DNA of 64,000 nucleotides from Glaucostegus cemiculus. Its lineage: Eukaryota. A program made the translations under genes and the position numbers. Every line of letters starts with the position of its first letter. The first letter of the stretch is position 1. The notes beneath the pieces are model-generated. The model did not search any database, had not been told where the DNA came from, and saw only the letters and a list, made by a program, of their open reading frames with translations. Below are positions 37,859-51,289 of this stretch, one piece after another. The stretch covers positions 17,050,001 through 17,114,000 of the forward strand of contig CDPCPM010000010.1 in the NCBI GenBank assembly GCA_976551045.1, written 5' to 3'.

Positions 37859-39213
37859 AATAGACAATAGGAGCAGAAGTAGACCATTCGGCCCTTCAAG
37901 TCTGCTCCACCATTTTGAGATCATGGCTGATCCTCAACACCCAATATCCCGTTCCTGCCTTGTCCCCATATCCCTTGATTCCCCTATCTATAAGAAACCT
38001 ATCTAGCTCCTTCTTGAAGGTGCCCAGAGAATTGGCCTCCACTGCCCTCCGAGGCAGTGCGTTCCACAAACTCACAACCCTCTGGGAGAAGAAGTTTTTC
38101 CTCACCTCTGTCCTAAATGGCCTACCCCTTATTCTTAAATCATGCCCTCTGGTCCTGGACTTACCCAACATCTGGAACATATTTCCTGTCTCTATCTTGT
38201 CCAATCCCTTAACAATCTTGTATGTTTCAATCAGATCCCCTCTCAATCTTCTCAATTCCAGCGTGTACAATCCCAGTCTATCCAACCTCTCTGCATAAGA
38301 CAGTCCTGACATCCCTGGAATTAACCTCGTAAACCTACGCTGCACGCCCTCTATAGCCAGGATACCCTTCCTTAACCCCAGAGAACAAAACTGTACACAA
38401 TACTCCAGGAGCGGTTTCACCAGGGCCCTGTAGAAATGCAAAAGAATCTCTTTGCTCTTGTACTCAATTCCCCTCATAATACAGGCCAACATTCCATTAG
38501 CCTTCATCACTGCCTGCTGCACTTGCTCATTCACCTTCAGCGACTGATGAACAAGGACTCCTAGATCCCTTTGTACCTCCTCTTTACCTAACCCCACGCC
38601 ATTCAGATAATAATCCACCTTCCTGTTCCTGCTCCCAAAGTGGATAACCTCACACTTATCCACATTAAACTTCATCTGCCAAGTATCTGCCCACTCACCC
38701 AACCTATCCAAGTCACCTTGAGTCCTCCTAACTTCCTCTACACATGTCGCACTGCCACCCAACTTTGTATCATCAGCAAACTTGCTAATGTTATTCTCAA
38801 TGCCTTCATCTAAATCATTAACATAGATTGTAAACAGCTGCGGTCCTAGCACCGAGCCCTGCGGCACTCCACTAGTCACGGCCTGCCATTCCGAGAAACA
38901 TCCATTCACCCCTACCCTTTGCTTCCTATCTGCCAACCAGTTTTCTATCCAAGTTAATACCCTCCCCCCAATTCCATGAGCCCTCATTTTACCCACCAAT
39001 CTCCTGTGCGGCACCTTATCAAATACCTTCTGAAAGTCGAGGTACACAACATCCACTGAATCTCCTCGTCTATTTTCCTGGTTACATCCTCAAAAAACTC
39101 CAGTAGATTAGTCAAGCACGATTTGCCCTTGGTAAATCCATGCTGACTCGACCCAATCCTATCATTGCTATCCAAATATGCCGCTATTTCATCCTTAATA
39201 ATGGACTCTAGCA
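37859..39213 (-). mobile_element. Young 5'-truncated CR1 LINE, same subfamily as 6417-7890
   Basis: 386-aa RT ORF 37896-39056; one 1-bp frameshift near 39062. Confidence 0.95.
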
Positions 39214-39399
39214 TTTTGGGAAACTTAATCTATTTTCAACAAAGAAGTGCATAGTGCATAATTTGACAATTATTTGTCACTAACTGGGAAATTTCATCGA
39301 GTGGTACCATACAATGGAAAGTGTTACTCTGAGGAAAGGCCAATGTGCGGAATGTTTGGAAGATTCCCTTTTAATTTGTGTTGTTTGTGCCTTGTCTGG

Positions 39400-40030
39400 G
39401 AATACAAAATTGATAAAGACTTTATTGTGCAAAATCCAGAGTGATTTTTTTTTTGACCTTGAACTTCTGTGAGCACTGCTCTGGCTGAGGGGAAAATATT
39501 GAAGGCTTTGTCCAATGGTTAATACTTAGAGAGAGCAATGATAGGGTACAAATGATTGCAAAAGTGGTGGATCAAAAGTGATTCACGAGAGTACAAAGTT
39601 CATGGGTGAAGTTGAAGATGGCTTGAACATTCCAGGCATAACTGGAGGAAAGTGAAGATCATTCAAAACAAGAAGTTTAAAGACAGTGCAGGAGTTAAGA
39701 GGTGTTTGGAATTTTAAAGCTTATCATTGTCTGCAGACAATGATAGATAAGCAGACAATGGAATTAGCTTCCACATATTAATGACAATGTAATCAAGACA
39801 TAATATGATAATGAACAGGAGAATCCCATAAATAGATCCATAAACTCCTTCAACAGGATGGAGATACAGACGTTACTGGAGATACCTTATAATTACAAGT
39901 GGATGAGTAAGAATTGACTTCAATAATAGAGGAGAGATTTTATAGAAGAATAATGCTGATCAATTGTGTCAAAATTTGGAGTACTCAAGGAGGGTGAGGA
40001 GACCAAACATAGCATCATTGACATCACAGA
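39400..40030 (-). mobile_element. Highly decayed L2-like fragment
   Basis: Degenerate purine-rich sequence resembling reverse L2 RT/3' region. Confidence 0.35.
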
Positions 40031-42344
40031 AAAGATAACAGAATAAGATAATTTCACAGGGAGTCTGAGACTTAATTCTGACCATGCAGGCTGTTCTCGT
40101 TACAACCAATGAAGTCACTGCACTGTCACATAATGTCAGTGAGCTTCAAGGACCATAACAGATGCTTGTGTGTATCTCTCACTCTCTCTCACTCAGGATT
40201 GTGACAGATGTTCTCTTTCCAGCCAGCTTTAATGACAGAAAATGCAAATGCCTCAGGTCTGGACTTGGCATCTCTTCCAAATGTCACCAAAATAAGTCAG
40301 AAGTTCCATTCATGAAATTAGCATGGCAGAGAAAATCAATGCCAAAAATCCAACAGAGCTTTTAATCATGGAAAACCAAGTAGAATGAAAGGTCAAAATA
40401 TTCTAGGTTTAAAGGATTTTATTTTGAGAAATAGTTGCTATGTTTTAGTGATCCTAGCTGACACCTTTTTGGCTAAAATGCCGTATTTTTTCTGACATGG
40501 AAAAACCCTTACATGTATCTAAATCAGCAACAATGTACAACACCATGCAGGTGTAAAACTCATCAAGCACACCGCTTGCAGTACAGGTGAATCAAAAGGG
40601 TTAAACTCCTGCTCAATTTGAATGTCATGTTCAGTCTGAATTATTTTTGCATTCTTCTGCACTGTTATATTTATACCTGTTCTAACAAAGAGTTTGCTTT
40701 GCTCCAAGCAATTTTTGTTCTTTTCTGTCTTCAGTTTAGTAATACTTTTCCAAGAAGTTTTTACAGATTTTCTTACATTTCCTTACTAATTGCCTTTCTC
40801 AGCCTGTTAACCTCTTTTCAGGTTCCTGCCTGAACATTGCTTATTATTCATCTTGCCTATAACTTATGACAAAGATGGAATTGCACTTTGGGTTGGTTTC
40901 ACTGTCCCTTGACCAACAGGGACTGTGGTTATGGTTATATGGCCTCTTGCTGTTGATGGCTTACAAACCCAGGGATACAATGAGTTGGAATTCCATGTAA
41001 TTAACAGACTGATTTATTTGATTTCCCATCACGTCTATCTTTTACATGTTGTCTTTGCACATATTCTCAGAAAGGCAAGGAGAAAAGTTAACATGATCCT
41101 TTGCACAAAAGAGTAAGAAGCAGAAGTTTTCATGTTATAATATGTTGTTATTCAATTGAAAATTAGTTGCCAAAGTGTGTCGATACCAGGTGCACATATC
41201 TCTCGTATGTGTGCAACACAGTTCTTTGCGAAGCTAATCTGAATGGGATACCGGTAAAAAAGCCGTCAAACCTGTGAGCTCCTATACATGCAGCATCTTT
41301 CCCGCACACACCAATGCCGTGCCCATTCTATAATGACAGACCTGTGTCCACTGGGACTGGGCTTGAGCTGGAAATGAAGCTGCATCTGCACTTGGGCCCA
41401 GAAGATTGAAATGAACCTGAGAATGATAATTCTTTAGTTCTTTTGTGGGCTGTAGTAAAGTAGTGGTGTACGACCCTCTGACAAAGTGGATCAGATTTAG
41501 AATCAAAAGCTCTTCTGAGGGCCACTTATGTTTTATTTTAACTGTACATAACAAAATACGGATATTTTGAATCATGTTTAAAGACATAAATGTCATGGTT
41601 GTTTCTGCTAAGCCACAGTGTCTTCATTTACCACCACTCCACCCACTACTCCCCCTCGCTGTTCCATCGCTGACACTCACTACCTCCTCACTGCCCCAGT
41701 AAAATGCTCAAACGATCATCTTCAACTACTCCCATGAGCTTTGTCATCTCTTTCCTCCTTGTCAAACCTGTGCCTACACAGTGACCTACCTGTGCCCACC
41801 AATACACTGCCCCTGATATACAGCAATTTACCCACGCCTACAAGTACTTATGTGTTTTATATTGATGGATCTGTGCCCACTAATACAGTACAGCTATGTC
41901 TGGAGCTAAATATGACCTGTATCTGTTCTTGTGCCCATAATGTATGACCTGGCCCCTAAGTCTCTGGTGCTAAGTGTAGTTCAGACCCCAGGTGAGGAGG
42001 GCCCCAAAGATAGTTGTCAGGAGGGTCCCAAGGCCTTGTCAGGTGGGTCCTGAGGTCTAAAATCAGATGGACCTAGTTTGGAAAGGTATCTGGCCTAGCA
42101 TCATGTGGGCACCAAGGGCAGCAGGACTGACTGCAGGCCAGACATATCCATCCTGTGGGCCTGATATAACCCACGTGCTGTATATTGTGCACTGTGGTAA
42201 GAGAATTCAAATCTCATCAATAGACCTGAAAACAGAATTCAATATGTCAAGTAATCCAAAGCAATTCATTACACTTATTCTTTTTCAGTTTATCTTGAAT
42301 GCTGATGTACTAGCCACTCCTTCAGTAACCCATCTAGTGCAACA

Positions 42345-42510
42345 CAAATAAAACCACAAATGCTGGAATCTGAAACAAAAACAGTCAAAGTTAGGGTTAG
42401 TGGCCCTTCCTCTGTTCTGAAGAAGATTCACTGACCCAAAGCATCAACTAGTTTTGCTTTCCACAGATACAGCCTGACTAGGTGAGTTATTCCAGCATTT
42501 CTCTTTCTTT
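42345..42510. mobile_element. Small decayed Penelope-type inverted repeat
   Basis: aaatgctggaa...ttccagcattt arms with an internal CTGAAGA hammerhead relic. Confidence 0.55.
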
Positions 42511-43139
42511 TCCATCCAGTGCAAAATTTGGCTCAACTTTATAGATATCATCGATAGATTTTATTCATTGCAATTTTGCAGAAAGCACGCACATGAACGA
42601 AAAATTATGTGCTTGTCATCAATATACTGGATATTCTTCAATGTTACTTCATCACAGTGAAAACGTTAAAGAGATTCTTGTATTGATCTGCTAAGTACCA
42701 CAAGAATTCCAAGAATCTGTCCCGCTTCATTCTGGTATAATCAGGCTTTCATTCCAGATTCAAGCTGCATTATGACTGAAGAATTAAAATAGGACCTCAG
42801 TTTTTTATTGACTGGTATCGGTAGAGTTAACCCATCTCCAGTCCATACAAATGGTACACAATAAATTCACACATTACTTGACAGAAAGAAATGTTTCTCA
42901 CTTTTCCTAAAGTCATCTGGAAGCAACAAAAATTCTGGCTTGTTCTCAGATTACCAGTACTTTTCAAAGCCCAGAATATAAGAAATTGCACAAGCTGCTT
43001 TGCATGCATTTTCTTATAACACTAGCCTATGTGAGCTTTAAAAACTTCAATTTGGTCTCCACCTGACTACTTTGCAACCATCTGCAGAATATCACTTAAT
43101 TCAATTCCAAATAGCCAAAATATTCTCATCTCTACTGCA

Positions 43140-43250
43140 CAATGTGGAATAGAGGGATATGTGGGAGGAAAGAGTTAGATTGTGTGAAGTTTGATGAACA
43201 GCACAACTTGGTGGGCCGAAGGGCCTGTTTTGTGCTGTATTGTTCCAAGG
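43140..43250 (+). mobile_element. CR1 3' end
   Basis: Matches 13625-13735. Confidence 0.8.
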
Positions 43251-45204
43251 TTCATTCCTCCATTTCCCCATTGATTATTATTGTTTAACAATGGACAGTA
43301 GATAGAAAATCTGACCTTGGTAAGAGTGGTGGAAATCAAAGGGATTTACCATTATATGATATGCTATCTTTGTCACTTTGAGAATATAGAAGGACTAAGC
43401 TAGTCCTCAACTTTGACTGCTGAAACAAGCAGCAGCTCTGTATTTTACTGGCTCATATTGTATGCTGTCATCTGATTTCCCCAAGGACTTGATGATTTAC
43501 TGAAACTTCTGCCCTTGCCGTTATTTTTTTTTATTTTTATGCAGCACCTTCCAGCTACTTTGTTTAGCATCAGTAAGCTCATTTCAGCATTTTGTGAACA
43601 GCATTGCTCCAGCAATTTGTCAAAAGTGAAAGTAGGGCTAATTATTCGCATGGCACTGTTTCCTGGTCATTTAGAAATTTCCAGAGATTTCAGATTTCAG
43701 TATTGCTGAATTGTATGTGGAAAATGAATCTGCAAGAGGCCAGCTGGAACATAACGAACTACATTAATTCTGTGTACACAATTAAGAATAGGTACATTGA
43801 TATTGCTTCTGACAATTGCAGATGGTGCAACTGAGCAGTTGGGAAATGAATGGAATAGAAATTCGATGCTGTTTCTGTCACCACTCTATGGGTCCCCATT
43901 TGCTACTTAAGTTGTAAATTCTGACGGCAATGTTAGTTTTAGAGCTTATCTCATACCACTTGCAACGTTGCAGTGCACCTTTAGCAGCCTGGAAGTACAC
44001 AAAGCACCCTAGAGTGAGGTAATCCTCGCACAATGCTCTGTTGATGCCTGCCTTGCTACAATGAGTAGCTTAATTACAACATGCCCCATGCATAGGAAAC
44101 TTGGAAGAGCAGGAAGAAACCCTGCACAATCAAAGGAATCCTTTATTTTTTGCAGCATAGTTGCAGATTGACATGGTGGAGAGCTAGTTGTGCTAAGTAC
44201 CCTTGAATATCACTGGTGCAAGAACTTGAGGTTTTCTCTCATTACTGAATTCTTCCATATTTTTGTGAAAAAATGTGTGATCTGTTGATGGTCCCACTGA
44301 TCTTCCAACTTAACCAAAAGTAGGAGGTGAGAGCTTGAAGATAAAGCCATCTTACTGGAGAAAGCCAAAGGATGGGTATGTTGCCACTTGATATTGGCTT
44401 GAGCTCAGATCAAGAATACTAAAACCAACTAAAACAACTTGCCACATGATTTTATACATCCAAACAATTGTATAACCATTTAAACATTATCATCCATTAG
44501 TGCCTGCGTTCCACATGCCTTTGCCTGTTGCACTATTTCTGTGCTGTGCTTCCTCAGTGACTGCAGGATTTTGCTCCTTTGCCATAATAGGAAGGATGAC
44601 TGTGAGCAGCTCTGAGCACGGATGGCCTGTTTTGGACACCTCTGCTCCACGTGAGTCCTGGAGTGGGGAGGCAAGGGAGCAAGCCTATGTTGTCGCATCT
44701 TACAAAGGAGATACAAGGGCCAGAATGTGCTGTGAATTGTAAGCATTCCATGCTGCACAACCAGCCTATCCCTGCGAAAGTGCCACCAGGTTTGAGATTC
44801 CTGATTAATGCAGAGGTGTCAAACTTGTTGGTTGCTCTATGCTTGGATTTTCCCATCTGAAACCTAACATTGCTGACTTGCACCAAGCTAGTCTGCCCCT
44901 GGGACAGTGAATCCAATCATTTCAATGGCAAGGAGCTGCTTTGAGAGATAAGAGTAAATTACAATTTTCTTTGTTCAACATCTTCAATTGTTTCAAGTCT
45001 TTAATTTCTGAAAAAAAAAATTCATCTGGTTTATAATAATTTTTGAATGCTTTTGACTTGGTCACAGTTGATCCAAACACAATAGGAGCAGGAGCAGGTC
45101 ATAGAAGCCTGCTCTACCATTCAGTACGATCATAGTGGATTCAGTACTGACCTCAGCACCTTCTATGGTAGGTAATTCCACAGGTTCATTGTCCTCTGAG
45201 TAAA

Positions 45205-46125
45205 GCCATTGTTCTCATTGCCACACTTTAGGAAGGATGTGATAGCAACAGAGAGAGTGCAGAAGAGATTTACTGGGATGTTGCCTGGAATGGAGGTTGC
45301 AGTTATAAGGAGAGATTGGATAAGATGGATTTATTCTCACTGGAATATAGAAGGCTGGGGTGTCTTTACAGATGTTTATAAATTTATGGTGGTAAGATAG
45401 AGTAAATTGGTAAATTAGTTTATTATTGTCACATGTACTAAGGTATAGTGAAAACATTGTTTTGCATGCCATCCATACAGATCATGTCATTACAATGATG
45501 CATTGAGGTAGTACAAGGGAAAACAATAACAATGCAGAATAAAGTGTCTCAGTTACAGAGAAAGTGCAGTGCAGGTAGACAATAAGGTGCAAAGTCATAA
45601 TGAGGTAGATTGTGAGGTCAAGAGTCCATCTTATCGTACTAAGGGACTGAAATAGGACTTTTGTTTTGCTAACATTGAGGGAAAGGTTGTTGTCATGACA
45701 CCATGTCACTAGGCTGTCTGTTGCCTTCCAGTACTCTGCCTCATAGTTACTTGAGATTTAGGGCCCACTATGGTGGTGTCATCTGCAAACTTGTAGATGG
45801 AGTTAGGGCAGAATCTGGCCATGCAGTCATGAGTTTATAGGGAGCAGAGTGGGAGCCCCTGTGTTGAGGATAGTCTTTTTCATAGGATAAAGGGAGTCTA
45901 GAATCAGAGAGCACAGGTTTAAAGTGAGAGGGAGAAATTTAAAGGAGATCTGAAGGGTAACTTTTTCACACAGAGGGTGGTGGTCATTTATCTGGAATGA
46001 GCTACCAGAGGAGGTGGTAGAGGAAGATACAATTACAATATTTAAAAGCCATTTGGACAGTTACTTGGATAGGAATGGTGTAGAGGAATACAGGCTTAAC
46101 GCAGACAAATGGAATTAGCATAGAT
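45205..46125 (+). mobile_element. CR1 3' fragment interrupted by an internally deleted Rex1 copy (about 45405-45875, minus)
   Basis: PHFRKDVIATERVQKRFT CR1 motif; Rex1 3'UTR joined directly to the WCHDNNLSLNVSKTK region. Confidence 0.8.
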
Positions 46126-46149
46126 AGTCCACAATACTCCACAATACTC

Positions 46150-46720
46150 CACATGTACTCTCACCAAGGTCCTATGAAATTGTAGTGAGATAGGAAGGCT
46201 AAGGTTGCTGCAGCTGCACATTTACTTTTAGTTCAAAGAGACACCCAAGTGTCTTTGAACATCACATTTCCCAATCTAACATGATTTAAACAATACTCTA
46301 CCTTTCTGTTTCTCCACAAAGCAGTTGACGACATTATCCACATTCTACTGCACCAGACAAGTTTTGGCCAACATGTTCAATCTACGTCACCTTCAAGCCT
46401 CTTTGCATCCTCTTCACATTTCACAATCTCATCCAATTTAGAGTCATTGGAAAACTTTGAAGTGTTGTGTTTTGTGAGCTCATTCAAATCATTGATAATG
46501 AACAGCTGGTGCCTGCAGTACCCCATTAATTATTGCCTGCCACACCAAAAAAGACCCTTTTTTTTACTCATTTCCTGTCTATTAGTCAATTTTCAATTTA
46601 TACCAATATAATTACCCCCCAATAGCATGTATTTTAATTTTGTACACTAACCTTTTACTTGAAATTTCATAAAGATTTCTGAAAACCCAAGTACACCAGA
46701 GTATTTTTCTGCCGATGTAT
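46150..46720 (-). mobile_element. Decayed CR1 RT fragment
   Basis: Reverse of the KFSND..LD region and RLVYKIKIHAIGG. Confidence 0.55.
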
Positions 46721-47666
46721 AAACACCAATTAGTCTTTACTCTTATGAACAGCTCCAGATTCACATATGGAACACCACAAAAGTGTAGCCTACCTTCTGT
46801 CAACTCTTGGGAAGCCTGCATTCCAAGCAAATCCATGTGCTCCTGATGCCTTCTGCTCTGTACTTAATATGGAGATAAGTTCCATTCTACGCAAGTAGAA
46901 TTAATTCTCTCTGTGTCCAGCAAAGGGTCGCAACTTGTAAACAATTCAGCCTTTATTACCTGGAATGATTTGGTAGACAAGGAGTTCAGGCCAAATAGTC
47001 CTTATGTGAATGCAGAAGGTAGCAGAACTCTATAGCCACTGACTTAGCAACTTACCTTCTTTACTCATTGCTCCTTCAACAATTGGAGCTGGGTGCATGA
47101 CTTCTGAAAGACTCAAAGCAGAGGCTCTCCCGGCCAGAACCCTCCAATCTCTCTTCTGGAAAGGCCCCTTCCCTTTGGAATAAATCCTCTTGCTCCTATC
47201 AATGCAGGGGACTCTGCTAGATCACTGCATAAACACCCACTGTGGTCTATCTGACCCACTAAATTCTGCACTCAACTCCAGCTGACACACAACCAACCTG
47301 CAAGTGGTTAAGGATTTCATTAATTGGTGTAGACGTGGTCATGCTCTTTAGTTAAGATTTTCTTGTGTGGACCATGTTGTGCGTGCAATTTACATTTCCA
47401 TAATTCAACTTAGGCATTGTATGTTGTGCATGGATTGTGCACAATGTGAGTAATTTAGATGGAAGCTGCCTGTTGAACATCCCATCATGCCCGATTTGCT
47501 CTTCAGCATCTCATGGTCAATTTTGTGCAAAAAAAAGTCATGGTTAAAAAACACATAAACGTGTATTTGAATTTTTAAGTCACTTTTTCTTTGGTAAGAA
47601 AAGAAGAAGAAAGTTGGTTTTCTCTTTGGTGATTGCGTTATGGGTTTAAGCCCCATATTAGGCCTT

Positions 47667-48491
47667 AATCAGAATCAGAATCAGTTTTATTGTCACAACC
47701 ACATACATACAAAGTATGCAGAGGAGCGAGATACCGTCCTCCTCAGGTGCTCGTCCCATACAAAAAAATGACATAACAACCAACAGAGACACATACACAC
47801 TTGGCAGAATACATAGTATAGATCATTACACCTTAAAAGCTAAGGGGATTGAACTTAAATTCAGGATCGATTTATCGATTTTCACTTACACATATACATG
47901 TGCAGACAAAAACATCAAAACATTAACAGCCCCCCTGCCTCACCCCGCACCGACGACCACCTCCAACCCCCCCCAGTCCTACAACCTCAGGGCCCACAGA
48001 CCATCAACAACCTCCGGCCCACAGTCCGACCACCTCCGGCTCCTTCGCCTCCGGCACCACCTCCGGCCCACAGTCCGACCACCTCCGGCACCTTCGCCTC
48101 CGACTCCGCAGTCCGACGACCTCCGGCCCCGAACTCCGGCCTTGCAGTCCGACGACCTCCGACCCGAATTCCGGCCTCGCAGTCCGACGACCTCCGACCC
48201 TAATTCCGACTCCGCAGGCCGACCACCTCCGGCCCGAGCAGCCCCCTCACCGCCCGCATCCCGACGCCACCACGAGGCTCCCGGGCCTTCAAGACGCTGC
48301 CGCCTCCGATGAGCTCCGACGAGCCGTCGGAGCCGACAGTACCGACAACGACTCCATAAAACGGCACACAAACATCAGAACAAAGAACACACAAGAAAAA
48401 AACTACAGAAAAACACTAGAAGACTAACAAAAAAACACAAGGACTACAGACCTGGGAGAGGCCGCTGCAACCAGGTGCGCCGCCATCAGTC
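47667..48491 (-). mobile_element. Full-length non-autonomous LINE-type element (825 bp) with (CTGATT)n tail and internal CpG-rich minisatellite
   Basis: 5' GACTGATGGCGGCG (YY1-like), T-rich leader, repeats of cagtccgacgacctccgg, AATAAA then (CTGATT)3; flanked by a 27-bp direct repeat. Confidence 0.75.
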
Positions 48492-48518
48492 ATGGGTTTA
48501 AGCCCCATATTAGGCCTT

Positions 48519-48689
48519 AATCAGAATCAGAATCAGAATCAGTTTTATTGTCACAACCACATACATACAAAGTATGCAGAGGAGCGATATACCGTCCTCC
48601 TCAGGTGCTCGTCCCATACAAAAAAATGACATAACAACCAACAGAGACACATACACACTTGGCAGAATACATAGTATAGATCATTACAC
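48519..48689 (-). mobile_element. 5'-truncated second copy of the same element
   Basis: Identical to 47667-47831 except one substitution and one extra tail unit. Confidence 0.85.
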
Positions 48690-49859
48690 ATCTGAATTAC
48701 CAGTACAATACTGATGGACTAGCTTTATTGTTGTTGTTTACAATGTCGTAGTTATCACCATCCAGAAGCAGAAAAACTAAATAGTTTACAAAAAATGCAA
48801 AATAACCTAGATCACTATTTGAAGTCCAGTAGGCATTTTCCGGCTAAGATTCATTCCTCAGTTAATATTACCACAAATAAATTGCTCAAAAAAACATCTT
48901 GCAGTTGTTTATGTTCCAAAACACACATTAACTATAGAATGTGCTTACATACCATCAGTAATTACATATTTAAATACTTTACAAGGCATTTTTAGAAGTT
49001 CTTGAATAAAAGGTACTGTTTAAATACAAGCCTTATTGTAACGTTATAGTTTTCAGACTTTTCAGTTACCTAATAATTTAGAGTAGAGAAACTTAGATTG
49101 ATTTATTTTTGCAGCTACATTAAAAAGAGAACATGACAATAGACATTTGGCACTCAAAAGGTTACTCTGAAGAAAAACAGTTTTAATTGAGGCAACCTTC
49201 TTCAGCATGTCCCTCTGAGGATAATTAAATGGGGGCTGCTGTTTTTTACTGGATTTGCCTACTGCTTTGTATATCCCTGGGGATGGAATCCTATTTCTGC
49301 TACTGTCATTTAGGAGCTGTGATGGAAAGTGAGTGAAAGAAAAACTCTTGTGGTATATGTTTTGTACTAATGAGTCTGGGACTTGTTCATTCAGTACTAC
49401 TAAATATGATGTGTAGTAAAAGCAACACAGTTCTGGCTTGAAAATATATTTGCTACCTTTAGAGCAGTTAGTGCAACTAAGGGATGGAGTCTGTTTGATA
49501 CAACCTATTGGGCAAAAGGGTCTTGGTATGAAGTTGTATTCTATTATTTTACAGCAGAAGATTTAAATAGTTCTTATTGCTTTGTTATATGCTGCAACTT
49601 GTTATGGTCTCCTTTTTTTTGCAAAGATGCTTTATACTTGAAAGTTATTATGAAGTCTAGTATTTTATTTCTTATCTTGTCTAAGTATGACAACCTTTTC
49701 TGTTTTATGATTTTACTATCAAATCTTTATGAATTTTGACCATTTTATGAAATTTTAATTTAATTATTTTCACAATGTGCGGAGTGTGTTTATGTACATA
49801 CTTTTAGTTCACATACAAGGCCAATTGGCCCATAGCATGCATGCCAACTCATAGCAGAG

Positions 49860-50060
49860 CAATCCCATAAATTCAACCTTTTACCACTCACTTAAATTAA
49901 GAGCTAATATACATTGAAAATTAATCTATCAACAACACGACCCATGCATTCACAGTAAGAACACGTTAACTCCACATAGACAGCGCCAAAGGTCAGGATT
50001 GAACCTGAGTTGCTGGAGCTGTGAGTCAACAGCACCAACTGCTACACAACTGTACCGCCC
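49860..50060 (-). mobile_element. V-SINE remnant
   Basis: ggtcaggattgaacctgagttgctggagctgtgag tRNA-derived head on the minus strand. Confidence 0.55.
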
Positions 50061-50217
50061 ATCTGTGCCATTATGCCATCATTTATTAGAAAGCATAATA
50101 CAATCAGGAAACCATTCAGATTTTATACAAGACAACTATAGAAAAGTTTTACATATTCACTGCAAAATATTTGTTCCTTTCGTACCGTCTAATGATCTTT
50201 TCTTAGCTCCTTTCTAA

Positions 50218-50368
50218 GGAGCAGTTAAGAGACATTTGGACAGGCACATGAACAGGCAGGGAATGGAGGGATGTGCAAGCAGATGAGATTAGTTTAAATT
50301 TGCACCATGGTCAATACAGACTGAAGGGCCTGTTCCTGTGCTGTCTTGTTCTGTATTCTGTGTTCTAT
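50218..50368 (+). mobile_element. CR1 3' end
   Basis: Matches 32250-32399. Confidence 0.75.
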
Positions 50369-51059
50369 TTCTCATCTACAAGCTGCTTCTTGACAACATC
50401 ATCCAAAGAGATTGTTAGTTTCCATATACATGCTAATGATATTAACTACAAACTCACCACCATCTTTCAACCCCTCCCCTAAACTGTGACACTGTGTGTC
50501 CCAAATCCAGTTCTGGATACTAGGACATTTTTTTAAGCTAAACATTGTGAGACCAAAGCCATTTTCTTTAGTTACATATTCTGTTCTTTCTAAAAATACA
50601 AACAGTTAAACTTAATCCTTCCACTGAAATTAATGAGGGAGATCTCCCTGTGTATGTTCTTAGTTGGCTTAGTTGATTCAAGCAGGTTCCCAGAATCTAC
50701 TGCAACTTTGTATTCTGCTGCTTGGTTCCTCTTCTGCTGAAAGGAAGCTCAATTATCAAATATCATACTAGAACACTTGGCAGTGCTGTATCTTTACTTC
50801 CAGGGCCTAAGCATGCTAAAGAATTAAAGTAATGCCATTATCTATTCTTCTCCTAATGCCACATCTGCATTGCTTCAAATTATTTTACACATACATTGGA
50901 AAAATATCTGAAATAATTACACACAAACAATAGTGTTTGTTAAATTTAAGGGGTGATCATTAACTCAAATGCATGTTACTATGTTGCATTAAGATCTTTG
51001 TTTCCCTACAAAAGAACTAGCGGCACTTAAAAGGGACTTCCCATTCCCATCAGTGGAAA

Positions 51060-51145
51060 GAGAGAACAGAATTGACATTTCAGGCTGAAGACCCTTCATC
51101 GGAATGGTTCTGCTGAGCAGTTCCAGAATTTTCTGTTTTATTTCA
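51060..51145 (-). mobile_element. Penelope-type repeat fragment with a degenerate hammerhead core
   Basis: Minus strand CCGATGA-AGGGTCTTCAGCCT-GAAA-TGTC. Confidence 0.6.
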
Positions 51146-51289
51146 TTGAACATACACTACAGTTTTATGGTTTCCCTTCCCAGAAGCATTGGGGGGAAAT
51201 TTAACCTCAGCCCCCCCTTAATCATTCCTTTTCCATGCTGAATGCCCATTAATCAGAGCTGCTACAAATTAAAATTATAGTATTAATGA

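Noticed and set aside
6417-39213. The two CR1 copies as LTRs or a segmental duplication
   Set aside because: Different 5' truncation points, unrelated flanks and LINE tails indicate independent insertions
44500-44920. Harbinger or DIRS coding remnant (MLHN-like motif)
   Set aside because: Too degenerate to assign without an HMM search
47720-47760. Hammerhead ribozyme in the 1.2-mer element (CTGAGGA on minus)
   Set aside because: No correctly placed GAAA or helices; only a GAGGAG/CTCCTC 3' stem-loop
48000-48240. CRISPR-like array
   Set aside because: Eukaryotic context; units degenerate and spacers related to each other, so a minisatellite
47716-48371. 198-aa, 130-aa and 101-aa ORFs as novel proteins
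   Set aside because: Open on both strands because of GC-rich tandem repeats; low complexity, no domain
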